Below the pieces are notes generated by a model. The model did not search any database. It had not been told where the DNA came from and saw only the letters and a list, made by a program, of their open reading frames with translations. DNA of 64,000 bases, from positions 35,278,001-35,342,000 of the forward strand of contig CM060732.1 in NCBI GenBank assembly GCA_030704615.1, written 5' to 3'. Of the stretch, positions 61,637 to 64,000 are shown piece after piece (the first letter of the stretch is position 1; each line of letters opens with the position of its first letter). The stretch comes from Takakia lepidozioides (Eukaryota > Plantae > Bryophyta). Both the position numbers and the translations under genes were made by a program.

Positions 61637-63983
61637 ATGGAGCCCAATATTTTCGATGAACTAGAAAGGGAAGTTGTTCCTGAAATCAATGTTGATAATG
61701 AGAGAGCTTTAGTGGAGTGTCATGTTGCGGAGGATGCTCATCATGCAGCCTCATTTACATCAGCTCTTCAAGCCTCGGCTGCAATGTCATTTTCCACAGT
61801 TTCGCCATCACACACGGTGTTGGATGTGGAGGCGCAACTTCCAGTACTTGAAAAACAACGGGATTTTTGGAAGCCCCACAATCGCTTGCTTCGACTTGGG
61901 CATTCTATGCAACAAAAAACTCTGCTCCAGTGGACATAACAAATCCACAACAAATGAGGTGTGTTCTATGTCATCCTATTGGTGTCACTCCTGCAAGCAA
62001 GAAGAGCATTGTGACCTATAACAAAACCAATGGTATCTCTGCCCTTCGAAAGCATGTGGATCAAGAACATGACATTGTTTTGCGTAGGTGGATTGAGAGG
62101 GAAAATGAAGGACCTGAGAAGGCTCGTAGGCTGGCAAAAAAGAGGCCCAGCCCCACTCCTGGAAACATAGCTTCTTTTTTTGGGAGCTCCACTCCATACA
62201 ACCAAAATGATGATCAACAGAAGCAGTTCAATGAGAATTTAGTCTTGTTCATTGCAAATGAGTTGGTTCCACTGTCTTTGGTAGAATCCCTTTGGCTAAG
62301 ATGGATGGTGTTGAGGCAAAATCCTCGGATTGTTTTCCCTTCTCGACGGACATTTGTGAATGAGGCCATTCCAATCTTGGTAGAGAAGACGAAAGAGCGC
62401 TACATGTCCCCATCTCTTCAGAATTGTGCTACTTGCTCTGTGAGTTTTGATTTGTGGATGTCAAGAGGGGGAACTGACACTTTTGTCATCATAGCGCACT
62501 TTATTAATGAACAGTGGGAGCAATGTCATGTGACTCTTGGCATGTTTGAGACACCTGACACATCTGGGGCTGCCATGGCACATCAAGTCAACAATCTTCT
62601 TGTGAAGTATGGCCTTAATACTCGCATTATTGCTTACGTCAAAGATGAGGGAGGTAACTTGGCCACTTTGACCAATGCTTTGAATTCGGTGGTCTCATGT
62701 GCGTGTTTGGGGTTGGATTCTCCATTTGTGGGTAGCTGTTTTGGGCATGCAATGTCCAAGTGTTGCCAGTATGCAACAAATGATGCAAAAGTATGCGCAG
62801 ATATGAGATCGGTTTCTATAAAAAAATGCCCAATCAGAGTTGCAAAAAACCATTACTTGGACAAAAAAAAATGGCAAAGGAAGACAAGAATGGGCAAAGG
62901 CATGTGTGGACAGCGGCATTCATCCTCGCAAATTGAAGACTCCGGTGAAGACACGGGTTGCTTCCAAGGTGATCCTCTTCCAAGAGACTTTGGAGTTTAG
63001 GCAAGCCATAATCACTTGTTACTCTAGGCAAACCTCATTGGCACTGCAGTCTCGCATACCAAGTCCACAAGTGTGGGCCATTGCCCAATCAATTTCTACA
63101 GTTCTAGGGCATGTGGTTCATGAGTGCATTATGAATGAATCTGGGGGATTTTGGCTGTTGTCCGATGCTCTTAATGTAGTCATTGCACAACAATTCACAT
63201 GCGAGGAAGTAGTGCTCCCAGGGCTGCAACTGTGGATCATTGCATTGGGGATTTCTCGACAGAGTTGACATTGTTGGAATAGCGGATGGCTCGAGATGTG
63301 GTATATGTCTTGGAACCATTTTTTTCTTTTTTGGAAGGGTTTCAATCGCACAAAGCTCACAATATGCTCGCGCTTATGCTTGACCCACGTTACAAGGGGT
63401 TGTCATTGGTATCACAATATGTGGGCAAAGAGCGTGCTTTGCATATTGTGTCCCAATATGATAGCATGGTGTTAGAGCCTCTTTTGGTAAAATGTTTCAA
63501 GGTCTTACATCCGGATACTCCGGCCCAATCACAGCCCACTTCCACAATAGACGAGATGTCCTTATTTGGTGTGCATGACCACAATGAAGACATGACATTG
63601 ACAGTAGTGAGAGAACAACTATCACATTTCAGAAGGACGAAGATAATTGATGGTGAGTGCGTGGCTCCTTTGAAATGGTGGAAAGAACACGAGTCTCTCT
63701 TTCCGTATGTGGGATTTTTGGCATGGCTAATCTTGACATAGTTGGATCTCAGATTGAAGCTGAGAGGGTTTTTAGTATTGCAGGTGTCATAACAAGCTTG
63801 AGACGGTGCAGGTTAAGTATTGAAAACCTTGATATGCTTGTGAGTGTAGTCAAGAATTGGCCAAATGATGCTAGAGTTGGTTGCTTTAGTACTTCCATGA
63901 AAGAGTTTTTGGATAGGGAAGAAGTCCTCTTAGATGAGAATGAGGATTTGATTGCACAGACAAACCTCTTTGAGGTAGAATGA
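61637..63983 (+). pseudogene. hAT transposase pseudogene (BED finger, DDE, dimerisation domain)
   Basis: MRCVLCH..GISALRKHVDQEH, SFDLWMSRGGTD, VKDEGGN, CFGH, ALMLDPRYK, PLKWW and SQIEAERVFSIAG. Frameshifts near 61860, 62830, 63240 and 63735. Confidence 0.9.
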
Positions 63984-64000
63984 TTTGTCTTAGAGACAAA

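Larger units (their letters stand above)
59164..64000 (+). mobile_element. hAT DNA transposon (left end and transposase; right end beyond the window)
   Basis: Starts CAGTGTTGGGCGG (hAT-type terminus) with GGAACC/GGTTCC subterminal repeats at 59185-59305. A hAT transposase lies downstream. The TSD cannot be checked. Confidence 0.75.

Overview
Eukaryotic land-plant genomic DNA: spliceosomal GT-AG introns, PPR remnants and a plastid-targeted RPL29; a non-seed plant is likely, but that is inference. A core of intact host genes (HINT3-like, RPL29, Aquarius helicase, PIG-C, MED4; about 23.3-46.7 kb) is flanked by DNA-transposon-rich regions. The standout is an apparently intact 11.36-kb Mutator-like element (4040-15399, 9-bp TSD TCAACCAAC, boundaries confirmed by an empty-site paralog in the window). 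Head-to-head with its transposase it carries a 10-exon, ~1165-aa gene joining a ParB/Srx-like domain (DGNHRLLA) to a prokaryote-type beta-class N4C/N6A DNA methyltransferase fold. Two introns of that gene hold an array of 22-bp palindromes (TGAATGKCGTYAACGMCATTCA) that could be its own binding or methylation sites. Also present: a decayed Ulp1-protease-carrying MULE (48352-59067, TSD TGCCAGAAT), a remnant relative of it, CACTA ends, a frameshifted hAT element, chimeric PPR/OSB pseudogene pieces, and a spliced 53-aa ORF that appears to share a transcript with PIG-C. All exon models were assembled by eye and no database searches were run.
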